Shown here: positions 13,601 through 27,777 of the stretch, piece by piece
Numbering within the stretch: the stretch's first letter is position 1
Layout of the letters: each line of letters begins with the position of its first letter
DNA from: Takakia lepidozioides
Taxonomy: Eukaryota > Plantae > Bryophyta
NCBI GenBank assembly: GCA_030704615.1
Contig: CM060731.1
Location: 28,582,001 to 28,646,000 of the forward strand
DNA length: 64,000 nucleotides
Direction of reading: 5' to 3'
Translations under genes and position numbers: made by a program
The notes under the pieces: model-generated
The model's input: the letters and a program-made list of their open reading frames with translations, nothing else
What the model was told of the DNA's origin: nothing
The model's database searches: none

Positions 13601-15512
13601 GACAATGTTCTGTTTAGTCAGGGCTTAAGTTTAAAGTGGTTGAGATTGAGAAATCTTTTCACATCTCCTCTCCCCTTCCCAAATTCCCCCCTTCCCCCTA
13701 TATCTGCCCAGGCAAAGGGTCTCTGGCGGCCTCAATGCCATGGCAAGCAATGTCTAATCAATACATCTGCACACCTGTGTAGGGCCCTCTGCTTGACTCA
13801 CATCAAACTTGAATCTCTGTGGAGGGAGATTACAGTACTCCAACTCTTGTTGCAAATGTGTAGTTCTTAATGGTTCATGGATTGTTCATTAGCCTTACAG
13901 GAGTAATCTGGTTTCCCTATTATCTCTCTCCTTCAGTAATGTGCTAACAGCCATTCATAAATCAGTCAACAACTTCACAGGCTATCAGTTACTTATTGGT
14001 GGTCTGATGTCTGATATACCTTCAATCACAAATTTGATATCCTTACGATAAGATGCAACCAAATATCTCTTTGACATTTACCTGCACACCGTACGGAGTT
14101 CCTGGAGTAGCAACTGCTCCAGTGGGAGACATGGAAGAAACAGGCCCAGCAACTGCAACTGGGCTCCCCCGTCCACCCCAAGGAGAAACTGTCCCACCCC
14201 CTCCTTGGCCCCGTCCCCCCTTTCCCAAATGCGGATGAACAGGTACCAGCAGAGCCGGTGAGGCTGTTTTGGAGGGTTGGGTTGGTGATGCACGCACTCG
14301 TGGCGGTCTTTGCCTGAGATTGTTGATCATCCCAGCAATATCTGCTGAGGACTCAGCTTCCCCTTTTTCAGGCACCAACTTCTTATGCCCAGCTACTGGC
14401 ATTCCTAAAAGAGTTTGCTGATGTTTAGTCAAAAAGCTGGTGGCAGTTTGTGCTGGCCATGGCCTCCCAGGCTGTGTACTGTCACTCTTAGGCGGGATTG
14501 CCACAATGACGCTTGCATCAGCAGCTGCTTGCCGACAGACTGCCTTCCAGAGAGCAGTCACGGCTAAGATGACAAGGATAGTAGCCACCACTTGTGCTGC
14601 TTGCACCAGTATACCTATGCCAGACATACTCTGCAATCTTTAGTAGCGTGATTCCCTCTATTCAGGAAGATTCACATACTCGTTACCATTGGGAATCAGG
14701 ACCCACCTTTGCAATCCAGAACGCACACTAAAAAATGAGTAATGGGTGCCTGTGCTATCTCCATTTCACACTTGCAAAGGGATTTGGTATCTGTTTAGAA
14801 TCACGGTGTATAAGTGTGACAATAGCAGTTGGTATATAGCTACCGTGCTTAATAATTAAAGCCCAGGATAGTTGGTTTTGCCGTTGACTGCTTACTAGCT
14901 TACTCCCAAAATTCTAAAGACAAGAGACGCAAAACAGAAGTCATACAAGGGTACCCTTACTGGCAATATCCTGTGGAATCCCCACTACTGCCAAGGCTGC
15001 CACTGCACCTTCCCGCCTGCATCCAAATCAAATCCACGCAATGCGCGATGAAGGACCTTCTAGATCAAGAGATTGAGAACATATTGGTCACGCTTAACAG
15101 CACTGACTGATCCAGCACATAAGGAGACGAAACTTAGGGTGAAAAACTGTTTTTCAGCTGCTCGAGCTTCCAAACAACGGGTGCTATTTCAATCTAGTTG
15201 TTATCCCCTCCGAAAAGTCACTTAGGGGGGAGTGCTGAAAACAAGGGGCATAATTTTCACAACGATACCGCTATTCACTGTTTTGTTTGATTGAAAACAA
15301 GTTATTACGTCGCGGACACAACCTGCACAACGGAGAGAGATAGTATACCTGTAGATGAGACCTAGAAGGAGGAAGGCGGAGAGAACGGATACGGTAACGA
15401 TGACGGTGACGTCGCGCCGTGTCGGTCTCATGGAGAGGGCAGAGAGGGCCGAAGCAATGGCAGGATTCTGGTACACACCGAACGGGCGAGGATCTCGCGG
15501 GGAAACCCCCAT
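10656..15512 (-). CDS. PNET1: TMEM209/PNET1-like nuclear envelope membrane protein; about 7 exons (15349-15512, 14082-14631, 13015-13555, 12371-12583, 12051-12239, 10958-11338, 10656-10808)
   Basis: FGVYQNPAIASAL, two hydrophobic segments, an S/P-rich middle, EWRDRLRQWFSEVLLNPL, GEWVKGLLP, RIRELAEGTC, ELPSDPHLLLYLFCALLEHPQW, GRTALWDAILLLC. Canonical splice sites. Confidence 0.85.
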
Positions 15513-16566
15513 GGCCGCGCCTGCCCAGCACACGAGGCCTTGCAATAATTAAGCGAAGAAAGAACTGCACAGGTACTCTTCCCCGAACGTGGATGTTCTA
15601 TTCTCTGCACTTACATATCCAGAGAGAGAGAATCTCTCTCCCTGCCTACACCACGGACACTAGATAGATCTCAAGAAGACAAACAATCTCCTCAAACAGC
15701 TCATATCTCCTCCGAAAATCCATAGCTGCAAAGTAGACAAGATCTCATGAGAAATCCAAGTGAGGCAGAGAGTGCGTTGGAGAGTAACCTTAGAGAGAGA
15801 GGGAGAGAAGGGCGCGCTAGGTTCAAGCATTCAAACAAACACACTTTTCTGTTACCTAATGTGGGATCCCACATTAGTTACAGGCTGGGCGTTAATCTGA
15901 CGGAAAATGTTAATTGACCATGGTTAAATCTAATGTTAAGGTTTGCTAAACATGAACGAAATCTAATTCACCCAGGAACTACACGAGGTGAGGAATAAGA
16001 GCATTCATGCATCAAGATTCTGCTGACTCTGTTCTCTATGTTCCCGACAGGTTCCCATAAGACTTGGATTTCAAACACAATTCTCCTTAACAAACTTGTG
16101 AGTTCTGAGCATGCATTTTCTGAAGGGGATTTCCTGGAATTTAGCATGGGTCAATTTTGACATGCATCCGTGTTGGTCAGGTGTCAAGCAGTTGTCCGCA
16201 AGTTATTCAGAATTGTGGCAGAAGAGTTGAGACATTTTGGCCAGGAGCCAAGTAGTCCCATTTAAGTCCGTGTGGAATCTTATGTTGTATGGCAACCAAA
16301 AGTCTGCTCTAGGAAGAATGAAACTCACCGTCTCCCTCCACATCATGGAAGACTGGGATGCTTTCTCGGGGCTTCAATCTAAAGTAGTGATCCAGGTCCA
16401 GATAAAATCCACTTCCACCTCACCAATCAGGCGATATTCAACTCAAAGACAAGCTACTCATCTGCTTTGTATTGGCTGCGCAGTGTAGAGGACCCATCCC
16501 CAGATATGCATGCATTTGAAGAGATGTCACAACCTCTACTCTGGACCTAAGACTTCACAGATCAGG

Positions 16567-19500
16567 TCATAAAACTGCGGCTGCCACAAAGCTTCTATTT
16601 TTCATGGGCTCAAAGACCACCGCTTGCCATCCAGTAGCTTCGGTGTAGTGCTCAATCTGCCACAAGTCACGAATTTTTATGATCAGAACCATGCTTGATT
16701 GCAAAAGATACCATTTCATCAACCATTCTTCATGATGATGAAGATAGAATGTACTCATAAGACGTTGTTTGCCATAGCCTTGTGGCCATTGACCCCGCGC
16801 CCAGTTTGAGCGGAACACAAAGGGACAGAACCTACCTCTGTCAGGGGCTGAGGTCGGTAGTAAGACTCACCTTGGTAAAGAACATTGATCCGGGTTTTCC
16901 AGATATCCTCTAGAAATCCCTTCACACAAGCATCAATCTGCTGTGTGTGGTTTGCCCAGTAACTAGGCCCAAGAAGGGCCTGGGCTTTTGGCTCAGCCTC
17001 GAGACTTTCAAAGTTGGTAAACATAGGAACAGGCACAATTCCCTTGATAGATTTGAGGAGAGCGTCCCTCTGGTGAGAGTACCCCGGACAGTGTATCAGG
17101 AAATGAATATTGTCTTCAGGTTGCCCACACAACGGGCAATTGCACTCTCCCTTTCCTCTCTGCTTTTGTTTACTGTTCAAAGGTAGGCTTCCTGCCCTGA
17201 GTTTAAATTTCAGTCCGGTGCCGAGAGTGGGTAGACCCTTGAGGTCATCCATGATGTCCTCCCCCATGTCACAGACTGGAAACAGGTTCAGGGAAGTTTT
17301 CTGCCTAACTTCATTTTCATCAGACAATTTTCCGGTAACAGACATGGCTTTGGACACTACAGTCTCTAAGTCAGATTTATCCAGCAGGGTCAAGACTTGC
17401 GGGTCCAGATTCAGATCCTTGAGAATCTCTTCTACTCTCTTCTGCCAGGACTTAGCCTGTTTGACAGGGCGATCCTGTTTCCAAGATATAGAGTCGATTA
17501 ACTTAGGATATCTGGTGTTGGACATGTGTTGCAACTGACCCCACCATCTGACCTTGAATTCATCTCGTCTGGAGCTTAAGGAAGGGATGATGAAGATAGA
17601 ATGTACTCATAAGATGTTGTTTGCAGTAGGCTTGTGGCCATTGACCCTATGAAGATAGAGAGACGACTATATGAGGGGAGTAAGGCTTACACATCATGAC
17701 GGAAACGGGTAGTAACACAAACATAGGCATTCTGCGAGCATTAACTAAGAAGGACCGAGTTCCAGTTGGATTCCTCTACCGAATTCACAATTCAAATCAA
17801 CCTTACCTTCATGTTGCTTGTACCAAGGGATTGTGCCATATCCTCCATCCCACCAATTATATACAACTCATCATCCAGCACTGCAGCTGCTCCATATGCT
17901 CGCTTGCTGTTCATGGGTGGACCCTGATTGGAACAAAACATCATACTCGAGGATTTAACTGTGGGATAGGATATCAAATAATTCTAGCTGCCAGTGGACT
18001 TACTCTGCTCAATCATTTCATGCACACAGCGAATAAACCTGTATCTAGATACATTTCATATCAACCTAAGCAGCGAGCCTCTGATATGGTTGTAACACCT
18101 GTGATGAAAACGGGATGGGGGGGACAACTGCAATCATTTGCTCTGCAAGTATTGGAAATTGCACTCTGAAAGCTTAGGGAGGCGATGCCAGCCTGGAGAA
18201 TTATATAAAGATTATAATGCGCACAGCTCATGCTAGCAGTTCATCTATTGCATCGACTGTGGGTAAGAATTATCACTGGCATCCAGGCTTGCCCCCGAGG
18301 ATCATATATCTCTACAGTGTTGTGGAAAATTTTGCCATCAAATCCCCCAAGAGCATACCTGTAAAAAACCACAATCCCCATTATCACAAAATTCAATGAA
18401 AGAATATGAGTATTGGCGCATAATATCTTTGAAACAAACTCCAAATGGTACCAGGTACTGTGACTGCTACAGAGAGGCCACACCACACCACACCACACAG
18501 TAAACCTTGCAAAACTGACTGAAGTTCCTTGCACAGACAACAACACAGTGGGGTATGTAACTAATCTGCCCTTGGAGCTATCCATTGATAAGACAAAGCG
18601 AAAATTGCAGGACTGCTCTTACAGCTTCCCGTTAACCACGGCTGCTGACAAACTTCCTCGTTTGATCCTCATTGGTGGAATTCGAGTCCAAAGGGCCTCT
18701 CGTGGGTCAAATCTTTCGACAGTCCTGGACATCAAACAAACCCGATCCATGATATTGCTTCAAGTTCCACTTGAGAGCAAACACTCAGCAAAAGAAGACA
18801 GCTACAAATGAAAGAACAAAAGCTTTTTCATATCGTCCACCTTTGAGATCATATAGTTGCGAAAGTTCAGTAGGGGCTGGAAGACAAAATGGAAACCAAG
18901 GGGCACCGTAAAGAGAACAGAAACTTACTTGAGATAGTTCCCTCCATCAAATCCACCTAAGGCATAGATTGCTCCATCAAGCTCTGCAGCTGCCACACAG
19001 AAGCGCTGGAAGTTGCATGCCACATAATCTGGAAGTATTAGTAAGCACGACACATCACATTGGCTGTCCATCCACCAGTCCAATCCTTGAGCTTCAGGAC
19101 ACACGAGCGGTGTATGTATACATGGCTCCATACAAACACGCGAAGCTAAATCCATGGAACAGCACAATGCTCCTGAACTAAAACCCAAAAGCCAGAGTGA
19201 CAAAGAAGAAGTCAAACTAGGCTCAGATGCACCTATGTTTTAGTAAGGAAATCAGGCTGAACACTCTGCATGATACTACGAGCTTACAATTTAAAGTTGA
19301 ATTGCGTCAACTTACTGTCAGGATATCAGTGACAAGGCAAATTCTGCAAGGAGCTTAAAGAACTGTCCTCTCATGCATAACCTGCCTCTTCTCTCTAGGC
19401 AATGTGTAAGAGATGCCTCTCAAGAGCCATGGACACAGTATGTACTCAAACGTGAAGAGAAATACTTTTTCTAGCATCTTTGTGGATGGGATCCAGGCGC

Positions 19501-22500
19501 CAAGAACTGGGTCATAGCACTCCACATCATCAAAGTGAATAAACCCATTTCCTCCGCCCAAAGCATAGATGCGGGACCCCACAGTTGCTCCTCCCAAGCT
19601 CCCACGCTTCAGACTCATTGGCGCACATGCCTCCCACTCGTCCCTATTCACATTGTAACGTTCAACTGCCATTCAGCAGTTAAGGGGAACATGGTGAGAC
19701 TTATGCCTACAAGACAACATGTTTGGAAGACACAGTCACAGATACAACAAGAAAACATACCTGTGTCAGACCAGGATGCCCCATCCCCTCCTCCATACAG
19801 ATATATGTGTCCATCCAGCAGGCTTGAAGCTGCATAGGAACGGGGGGCCAGCATGGATGCTGCAGCTCTGACTTTATTGGTCGTTGGTGAATACACTACT
19901 ACAGATTGGAGCCAAGTATCAGCCAAGCCACCCAAAATGTACAATTCACGCTGAGGAGGAATCTGCCGAGTGGAAACTACAGAAGGACCTGCTTGGTTGG
20001 TCACCTGGACCGACTTTTCTGATACGTCATCATCTTCCCATCGTCGAGTGCTCAGTCTTGCAAATTGAAGGTTTAGCTCACTAACTTCCAGTCTCAGGGT
20101 TTTGATGTCTGCAGCCATGGTGATCTGGAACAGACTCTCACCACGCTTCTTGTCAGTCACCACAATCCAAAACCCCACCTTTCAGTATCTATAGTTCCTG
20201 TACTGGTGTTTAACCTAAAGACAGGCCCAGAGTAGATAACCATACCAACGACAACATGCGAATCATACCAAACAAGTCAGGAAAATATCTGTCACCAAGG
20301 CATATTTAAGGTGATGTTGAAGAAAACTGAAGGCACCCATCAGTTACAAACACTTAAGAAACCACCGGGCAGACACATACCCCAAGTCAGGTGTAATTTA
20401 CCAGAATTCCTGTGCTACTGGTGGGATAGACAGTTCTACTCAATTCCACAAAATTTATTTGGTGCTAAGTCTAGGGGACCAAATCCCTTCATGGTCATGG
20501 CAAACTGAAAATATCATTAGAAGCATGTCAGCAGCCTGGCATAAGTGAATGGTACAACCTCAACACAAGCCGACATTGAGACATGGACTATTGGGCACCA
20601 AGTTGAGCAAGTCAGGCACAAAAACTCATTCACAATAGTAGTTCAGCCTCAATGTTGCATTGCTCAAGTGATAAAAAAAAAAAGCTTCGCTGTCTTTATG
20701 AGCCTAAGAGTAAGAGCTCCCTGCTACAACTCTTCTGGCCTTTAGGCTGCTCAAGCCACATTTGTTCACAGGCATGACATATCAATAGTAACAGGAGAGC
20801 CCGTGGGTAATTAGATAGGTGTACACCAGGTATCTTGCCTTACTCCTCAGTACTGCCAGAAAGCCTTGTAGTCAGCAGTTTTCTTAAGGTTGATATTCCG
20901 ACAAAAGAACTACCTGTTCCCAGTACTTAGTTCTGGTGGTTCTTGCCAGGTGCCTCTGCCTGCAACTGTTTCTTGTCAGAAACATATTTCATGACAATAC
21001 GATGGAGTTACGAAGAGAATTCACTTCCACACCTGCCCAACTTGCCTTTCAAATAAAGGGAGCTTTTGATGAATTAGCTCGCTAGCACTCCCCAAAGTTT
21101 ATTGAGATGGCATTTCAGAGTTGCTGATGACATATCATAGGGCCTTACCTGGGAGCTTTCCAGCAAAGCATTAGCAGTCACAAGATTCTCAAATGTCTTC
21201 TGTTGCTCATGCTGCTGATTTGTACGAGCCCGGGCCTCAATCATCAGATGATGCAACTCGATCCCATCTTGACGGATCTTTTTTGCCATTCCCCATCACA
21301 CAAGCGCAAATCAATCAGTACTAACTTCTGGCAATTACAACACTTTGAAGAAAGTAGTAGAGATAGTCACATAAGATCAAAGCTACATTTTATCCGAAAG
21401 TCGGGTCAAGCTCAAAATGAGGCCCAGCAGCAATGCACCACTAACTGGGCTAGTTGATGCGAATGTATCGTAGTTAGACCTACTTCTTGATAGAATCCCA
21501 GTAACAGATCTGAGACTGTTCTTGTGATCATGAATAAACTTGACAAGACTTTGCCACAATTACTTTGATGGAAACCTACACTCAGAAGGGCCCCATAAGC
21601 TCAGAGGCAATAGAATCACAACTTCTCAGGCTGACAGGATACCCCGCATCAACTTCACATTTTATGTCCATGAATCCTGTGAGTGCTTAGTTTAAGCTTT
21701 TAACCTTTGACAGGTCTCCTGCAAATTTACATTAAGAAACCGAAAGTAGGGACAAAGAAATTGTTTGCACCTGTGCAATGGCTGCAGCTGAAATCTCTAA
21801 GCTTTTTCTGAAAGCTGTAGCCACACTTGTGTCCACAGCACACACAGTGGCCCATAGCTTGTCACGCTCTTCTTTCAGAAGAGCTTGCTCTTTTAAGCTC
21901 CTTTCTCTAGCCTGCCTCTCCCATTCAGCAGCCATGTTTATGGGGGTGACAGCCACAGTGACCCTGTCACCAGCATCAGGAACACCATGGAAGATCCCAT
22001 TCGGGTAACTATTGCTAACTCCACCTCCTGACAACTCCGTTGATTGCGCATGCTGGACATCTGCTCTAGACGGATCAAGGCGCTGGAGCTTCTCTAAAAT
22101 ATTGCGCTGCCGTGCAGCTTTGTCCAACTCTGATCTGACATCTTCATCAGTGGGCCCAGTGCCATCTTGGCCATCCTTCAAAACCAGCGAATCAATGCTT
22201 CCACTGGCTACATCACCTGCACGATCAGGCTGTGGTCTATCCACCTCTAGATGTGAATGACATCCATCCTCCATTGTCCCCAAGCTAGCCATAGCACCAA
22301 TTGTATTTGGATGAGACTGGCTGTAATCAAATAGAAACTCCTCACTACTCTCAGAGACATTCTCATCTGTGGAACTACATTGCTGGTGTTTATCAGACTC
22401 CTCTTTCTCTGCAACAATGACTTTCCCTGATTCTGGAGGGACAACTTTTTGCCATACATTGTTTGAAACCATTGTAACAGGGTTTTTGGGCTTTGACCAG

Positions 22501-23946
22501 CCATCATCCACATCTACTGCACTGCTGCCATTAGCTTTTTTCCAAACTTTTACAGGACTTCCAGGTTTTATTCCACTGGTGGAAGACCAGGTAGAAATAG
22601 ATTTTGGAAGAGGTGCCTGCATATTTTGCAGAAAAAGGCTCAAGAGACGATCTTTCTGGTGATGAGTTAACTCAAACATGAAATGGGTGGCAGAGAAATA
22701 ATTGTCAATGATTGCATCCTTAAAGGCTGCTTCCAGGAGAGGGCTGCACTTCTGTCGAATTCGAAATTTCACCTGAAGATCAAACACAAATGACAGTTGT
22801 GCTGCCTTTTCAAGTCCAAACGTATGGTGCCAACTAGAACTCAAATAAAAATTACAGTAGCATGATCATGATGCAAGGAACGTTGGGAATTTTTGTCACA
22901 ATGCCTGTTTGATCTCAATTCCAGAGTAATGATGGTTTAAGTGCGGAAATAAACTAAGAAGTACAGTTGCTCACCCCAACATTCCAAGGTGCTGATTTTG
23001 CATATTCAGATTAAATGGGCCTCTCGCCACCTGGGAAAAGATGATACAAGACAAACTACCAACACGCCTGACTACACGTGAAAAAGTAAACTTAATGGGA
23101 TGAACCCAATAAATTGCCCTGTACTGCTCCACTGTAACCTGGTAAGAGAATCAGTGTCCAAAGGCATAAACATGCCACCTAACGGAGTCACAAAAAGAGG
23201 AAGAAAGCGTACCTGTGCAGGATACTGAGTTCTACTTGTTCTGTCCACTGTCCAGCCACTTGGATTTATACTAAGCGCCCCATCACCAGCCGCCTCAAAG
23301 ACGCCATGCATCATTCGCCCACTAAAGTTGAAGAGAAATAGGGGCATGCCTTCATGTATGTGCTGCACATACTTGATGTGTTGTGCAGGTAACCCTGCAC
23401 ATTACATGCCTATCAACTCAGTTTGCTCCCATGCTTCATCACACAAAAGCTGTGTATATAGCCAATGGATACTAAAGAAAACATGAGCATCAATGTGTGG
23501 GGACAAGGTACATCCTCGCCAATGTCACAACAATCTCACCATTGTAAACAACAGTCTGTAGAACGGGCCCACAATCTCTTATCACAAGGGACTGCTGTAA
23601 CAAGCTTCCAGACGAGCACACAAGCTCGTTAGTGCTAACGCAAATCAGCGGTACCTGTACAAGTGCAGGGCAGTTCCAAACACTATTTCTTGTGCGAACT
23701 TATCAAGAATACTGGATAACAGTGACTGAACCCATCCAAAAGACCGTCCCCATTTGGACAATCAGGCTTACCGAAAAGGTTTTGACCGAGGCACTCGCTC
23801 ATGGTGACGTTGGTGCAGCCAAAGATAACACCTCCTAACTCGCTCTTGCCAAGGTTCCGTTGGGGAGGAGGACCATTGTTTCCACCGCTGCCACCTCCTC
23901 CGGTACCAGAGTAAAGGATCGTTTGCGTCCGCCTTCCCGCTCCCAT
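16567..23946 (-). CDS. DCD (development and cell death) domain plus Kelch repeat protein, multi-exon
   Basis: MGAGRRTQT start; DCD motifs LGGVIFGC...FGLP...PLFLFNF...GVFEAA...YPAQV; coiled-coil linker; Kelch repeats LYILGG, IYLYGGGDG, IYALGGGNG, IYALGGFDG, YALGGFDG, LYIIGG. Last exon 16567-16657. Confidence 0.92.
16734..17647 (-). mobile_element. 5'-truncated non-LTR retrotransposon 3' end in the last Kelch intron, bounded by 62-bp direct repeats
   Basis: ORF 16755-17534 carries LKFKLRAGSLPL and CPLCGQPEDNIHFLIHCPGY (zf-RVT-like), followed by a (CAT)n-like tail. Repeats at 16734-16795 and 17586-17647. Confidence 0.85.
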
Positions 23947-26673
23947 CCCACTCCCCTTTGTCACTGAGCACTAAGTTATTTTAGACAAGCTTTCAGACTT
24001 GATTTGCTCGACGATGCGACTTTTCCTTACACCTACTCTTATCCTTGAACTGGAGATTCTCGTCATTCACTTGATTACTTTTAAATACGCCAGAATTCTA
24101 AACTCTGTTGTTTTCGAGCTCCAGAAGCAGATATAGAGAATACTGCATCTGGGAATGATCGAAGAGATGAGCTAGAATTTCACAGGGTCTAGAGGAGCGA
24201 ATGTCCACATTAGTCCATTAGCAAGGCCAGGGCATAACTTCATAAACAACGAAAAGTTAACTATTAGGTCGGACTCTACTTTCTAAAATACACAATCAGT
24301 AGTCTCGCACTTGTATTTCATACGTCCCGATTCAAATCTGTCATATCACTACAGAAATGACTGAAATGAGCTCGTGAAGATCCAAGGCCTAACGAGAGCT
24401 AGGAAAAAAAGATCCGTGGAGAGAAAGGCCAAAAACAGACTCTCATGAAAATGTCCACAGCCACACTGAAGAAGCAAACTCTGATGAGAAACAAGACCAA
24501 GTGACAACGGAACAATTGGATCAACTAAAAAAACTCCCTCCAATTTCTCTTGGTACAAGATCGCTTCGCAACCTTCTATACAAGACTACTTCCCCAACTT
24601 ACCCTTGCATTGTTGTGCTTGCTAGGTTCAAAAACCTGGGAGAGGCAAAAAAAAAAAAAGACTGAAATACTTACAGCTTCAAACACCCCTACCTCCCAAA
24701 AAAGCACAAACATCAGCACTTTAACGGTATTTACACTGAGATATGCATCTACAGCGTGCCCATGGATCGGAACAAGGAGGACACAATCTGAAGCCTCTCC
24801 CGCCTCTGTAGCTTCCAAACATACTACTACCGGCTAGTCCGTTCCCTTTGCACGTGCGGCCTCAAGCTTGACTGGGTATGTGTTGTCACACACGGGATCG
24901 AGGTGTTTTTTCGTTTTTTTCTTTTTTCTTTTCTTTTATTTTTTGAGAAAGGACATGATAGCTCTGAAACATCTTAGAAACCAAGGAAAAAATAACCTTG
25001 CAGGGGAGCCATAAAAGACCAACAAGCGGGACACCGCCAAGTAGCCAGAGTTCAAAAGGGAGGTCCTAAAGAAAGAAGACAAATAGAAAAGATGAGATAT
25101 GGTCACAAGCTTCCGTGTTTCCATTTGTAAGGCTTGAAAGAGATGAATTGGAGGTCTACTCTTCCTAAAACTGCACCGATGGCGCTAGTTAACTTCAGGC
25201 TCTTCACCAACCCCCAGAAAGGGAAATTCTAGCACTAATAGAGCTCCCAGCATGCAGGGGAGGTGTCGTTCCATGAAATTCATAGTTCGGAAGTTTTGGT
25301 GTAGGAGACACCGTCTTTTATGGGTTTATCTAGCTTAGGCTGGCCCCAAAGGGCAAAGCACGCGATGTTGGCCACGTGCCAAAAGACGGCATATGTTGAG
25401 CTTTCAGCAAAATCACAGCTTACATTCGAAGTAAGTAAATTCTGAATAATTACTAGGATAATTACTGAATAATTACCTACTTCGAGAGACCTGGGCATCC
25501 CTCTCCGACGGACGAAGGGCAAGGAGCAGACGCGGACGCAAGATCAGCAATCCTGGGGGGCTTACACTGGGAAGGTGTCGTAACACAACCCATCTCGCTC
25601 CAGTGTATCTCTCACTTCTTTATCTTTTTGTTTCGTGGTGTTGCGGATGGTGTGTGTAGAGTTGGGTCGTTTAGCTTTGCTCAAGGCCCCTGTGGATTTT
25701 ACAGAGTTTTTTGTTCCCCTTTACTTTCTTTCTCATACCCTCTCTGGGCCTGTGGCTTTGGAAAACAAATTCGTACTCACACTTCTGTCCCTTCAAATGT
25801 AGTAGAATTTTTTTTCCAGGATTTGGAACTGCCCACCTGGTAGAGCCCTTGTTTTGGTCTTGACGTTATTCGTGCTGAAACTATTGTGGTATTTGCACGT
25901 CGAGAGATAGTGAGAAGGTATTGGTAGAAGTTTCCCGATAATGCTATAGTCTTTGCAGTAGAGCTCTCACGATATAATGCCACCCGGCTGAACTACTTTG
26001 GCGCTTCCATCGCTCTGTCACCTAATGATAGCCCAGTTTGATCCTGTGGCTGAATTTGACCTTAGAAAGAGTTTGAAAATTGTAGGTATTTGGTCAGGTG
26101 TTTACGCAAGCCCTTACTCTTTGTTGTAAGCAGACTTTCCATGCTGTTTCACTACTACAGAGTTAACTTAATCTGGGCGGAGTAGCGATCAGTCAAGGCA
26201 ATTTAACCCTGGCCCTATGTGCGCAATAACTCCTTGGCAGCCGCCACATAAAAGTTCCAATGGCCATCTTCTCCAGCAATCTGCTCTGTATTGACTGTTG
26301 TCAATGTTTGACTGCATTTAGCATGCTTCTATTCTGAGGTCTATCAAAGTGGGCCCTATAGAGCAGCAGCGTTTGTAATGAGAAGCTTGCAACTCGAGGT
26401 TGCACAGAAGATCTTTCAAGGACCATTACCAGCTACTAGCATTTGGTAGTTTTAAATGCCATGGTTTTAAGCTTGCTGCAAACACCTAATTTACCACATT
26501 GATACTGTAGAGGGCATACATTCAATATGAGAGGAAGAATGGTATTTCAAGCCCACAGACTCTGGAGTATGATGCCCAACCAAGACAGACCTGTAAAACG
26601 AGGTTTCTTGAGTAGATTTGAGAACACCTTCTTGCTACATTGACACTTGAGTGAAAATTTGCAGAATTGAACT

Positions 26674-27102
26674 ATGGCAGAGGAAAAAGTGGTTCACACA
26701 GGAGGCTGTCACTGCAGGCAGGTGCGATGGAGAGTAAGAGCACCCCAGCAGGTTGTTGTTTGGGATTGCAACTGCTCCAATTGTGCTATGCGCCGCAACA
26801 CCCACTTCATTGTTCCATCAGCCGATTTTGAGATTGACGATTCCTATCGGGATTTTCTCACACTATATACATTTGGTTCCCACCAGGCCAAACATCTTTT
26901 TTGTAAGATTTGTGGGATCTGCTCTTACTACATTCCTCGATCAAATCCAGATGGAGTGGCAGTAACATTGAATTGTGTGGACCCTGGAACCATCACGCAT
27001 GTTGAGGTGAGGAAATTCAACGGGCAGAAGTGGGAAGATTCTCATAGAAGCTCAGGGATCTCTGCCTTGTCTAAGCCTTCTAATGAATCCTCTGGTGATT
27101 GA
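26674..27102 (+). CDS. CENP-V/GFA (Mss4-like) zinc-binding protein
   Basis: HTGGCHC...CNCSNC...YTFGSHQAKHLFCKICGI...PRSNPDG. Intact 142-aa ORF just after an acceptor-like ttgcag. Confidence 0.93.
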   Translation: MAEEKVVHTGGCHCRQVRWRVRAPQQVVVWDCNCSNCAMRRNTHFIVPSADFEIDDSYRDFLTLYTFGSHQAKHLFCKICGICSYYIPRSNPDGVAVTLNCVDPGTITHVEVRKFNGQKWEDSHRSSGISALSKPSNESSGD

Positions 27103-27777
27103 TAATGCAACATAAATGTCAGTCCATTGTGTGTACAGAAGTGCTGAATTTTGTTGTAAGAGTGATATGGAGGTTTTCTTGAAAGAAAAACAGCAGGTTT
27201 GTTTTCCTTTCCACATGATCTGCAATGGACAACTTCTAGTTGTGATCAAGTTAACAAGGATCCACCATGTGTCATGTGTAAAGGTTTGTGACAATAAGCT
27301 ACAAAAGAAGAAGTGCAAGACTTGGCTACTGTTTTTGGTTCTACAGACTTTGAAACCGGTTGTGTCTTCTGCAAATAGACAAGCTCTTACAAATGTACAA
27401 CTACTACAGATATATTATTTCAGACAGCCAAAGCATTGTACATGGCCTTCTAGGAAGGTCCTCTCCCTAGCACATTGTTGACTACCAAAGCAGGCTAACA
27501 AACAAAGACACAATAGCTTGCACAACAGTACATGGGTAGAAGTAGGAGTAGCTAACTGAGACAACACTGCTGGACTAAATATCCTATTTAGCTTTGGGAT
27601 AGAACTTCTGGCAGAAAGAAGTGAGATATAGTGGCATCAACACTCATTTGATGTTGGCATGACATCAAGTGAGCGGGGCCCACGTGATGCCTTCTTGATG
27701 ATGTGCATGCCTCATCTGTAAGTGTCAGAAGCACAATATGCAAGTGTTCATCTTTTATGTACAGCTTTGTGCTGAAC

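Noticed and set aside
16734-16795. Hammerhead ribozyme or Penelope pseudo-LTR
   Set aside because: No CUGANGA...GAAA core, and the ORF ends in a zf-RVT-like finger rather than GIY-YIG.
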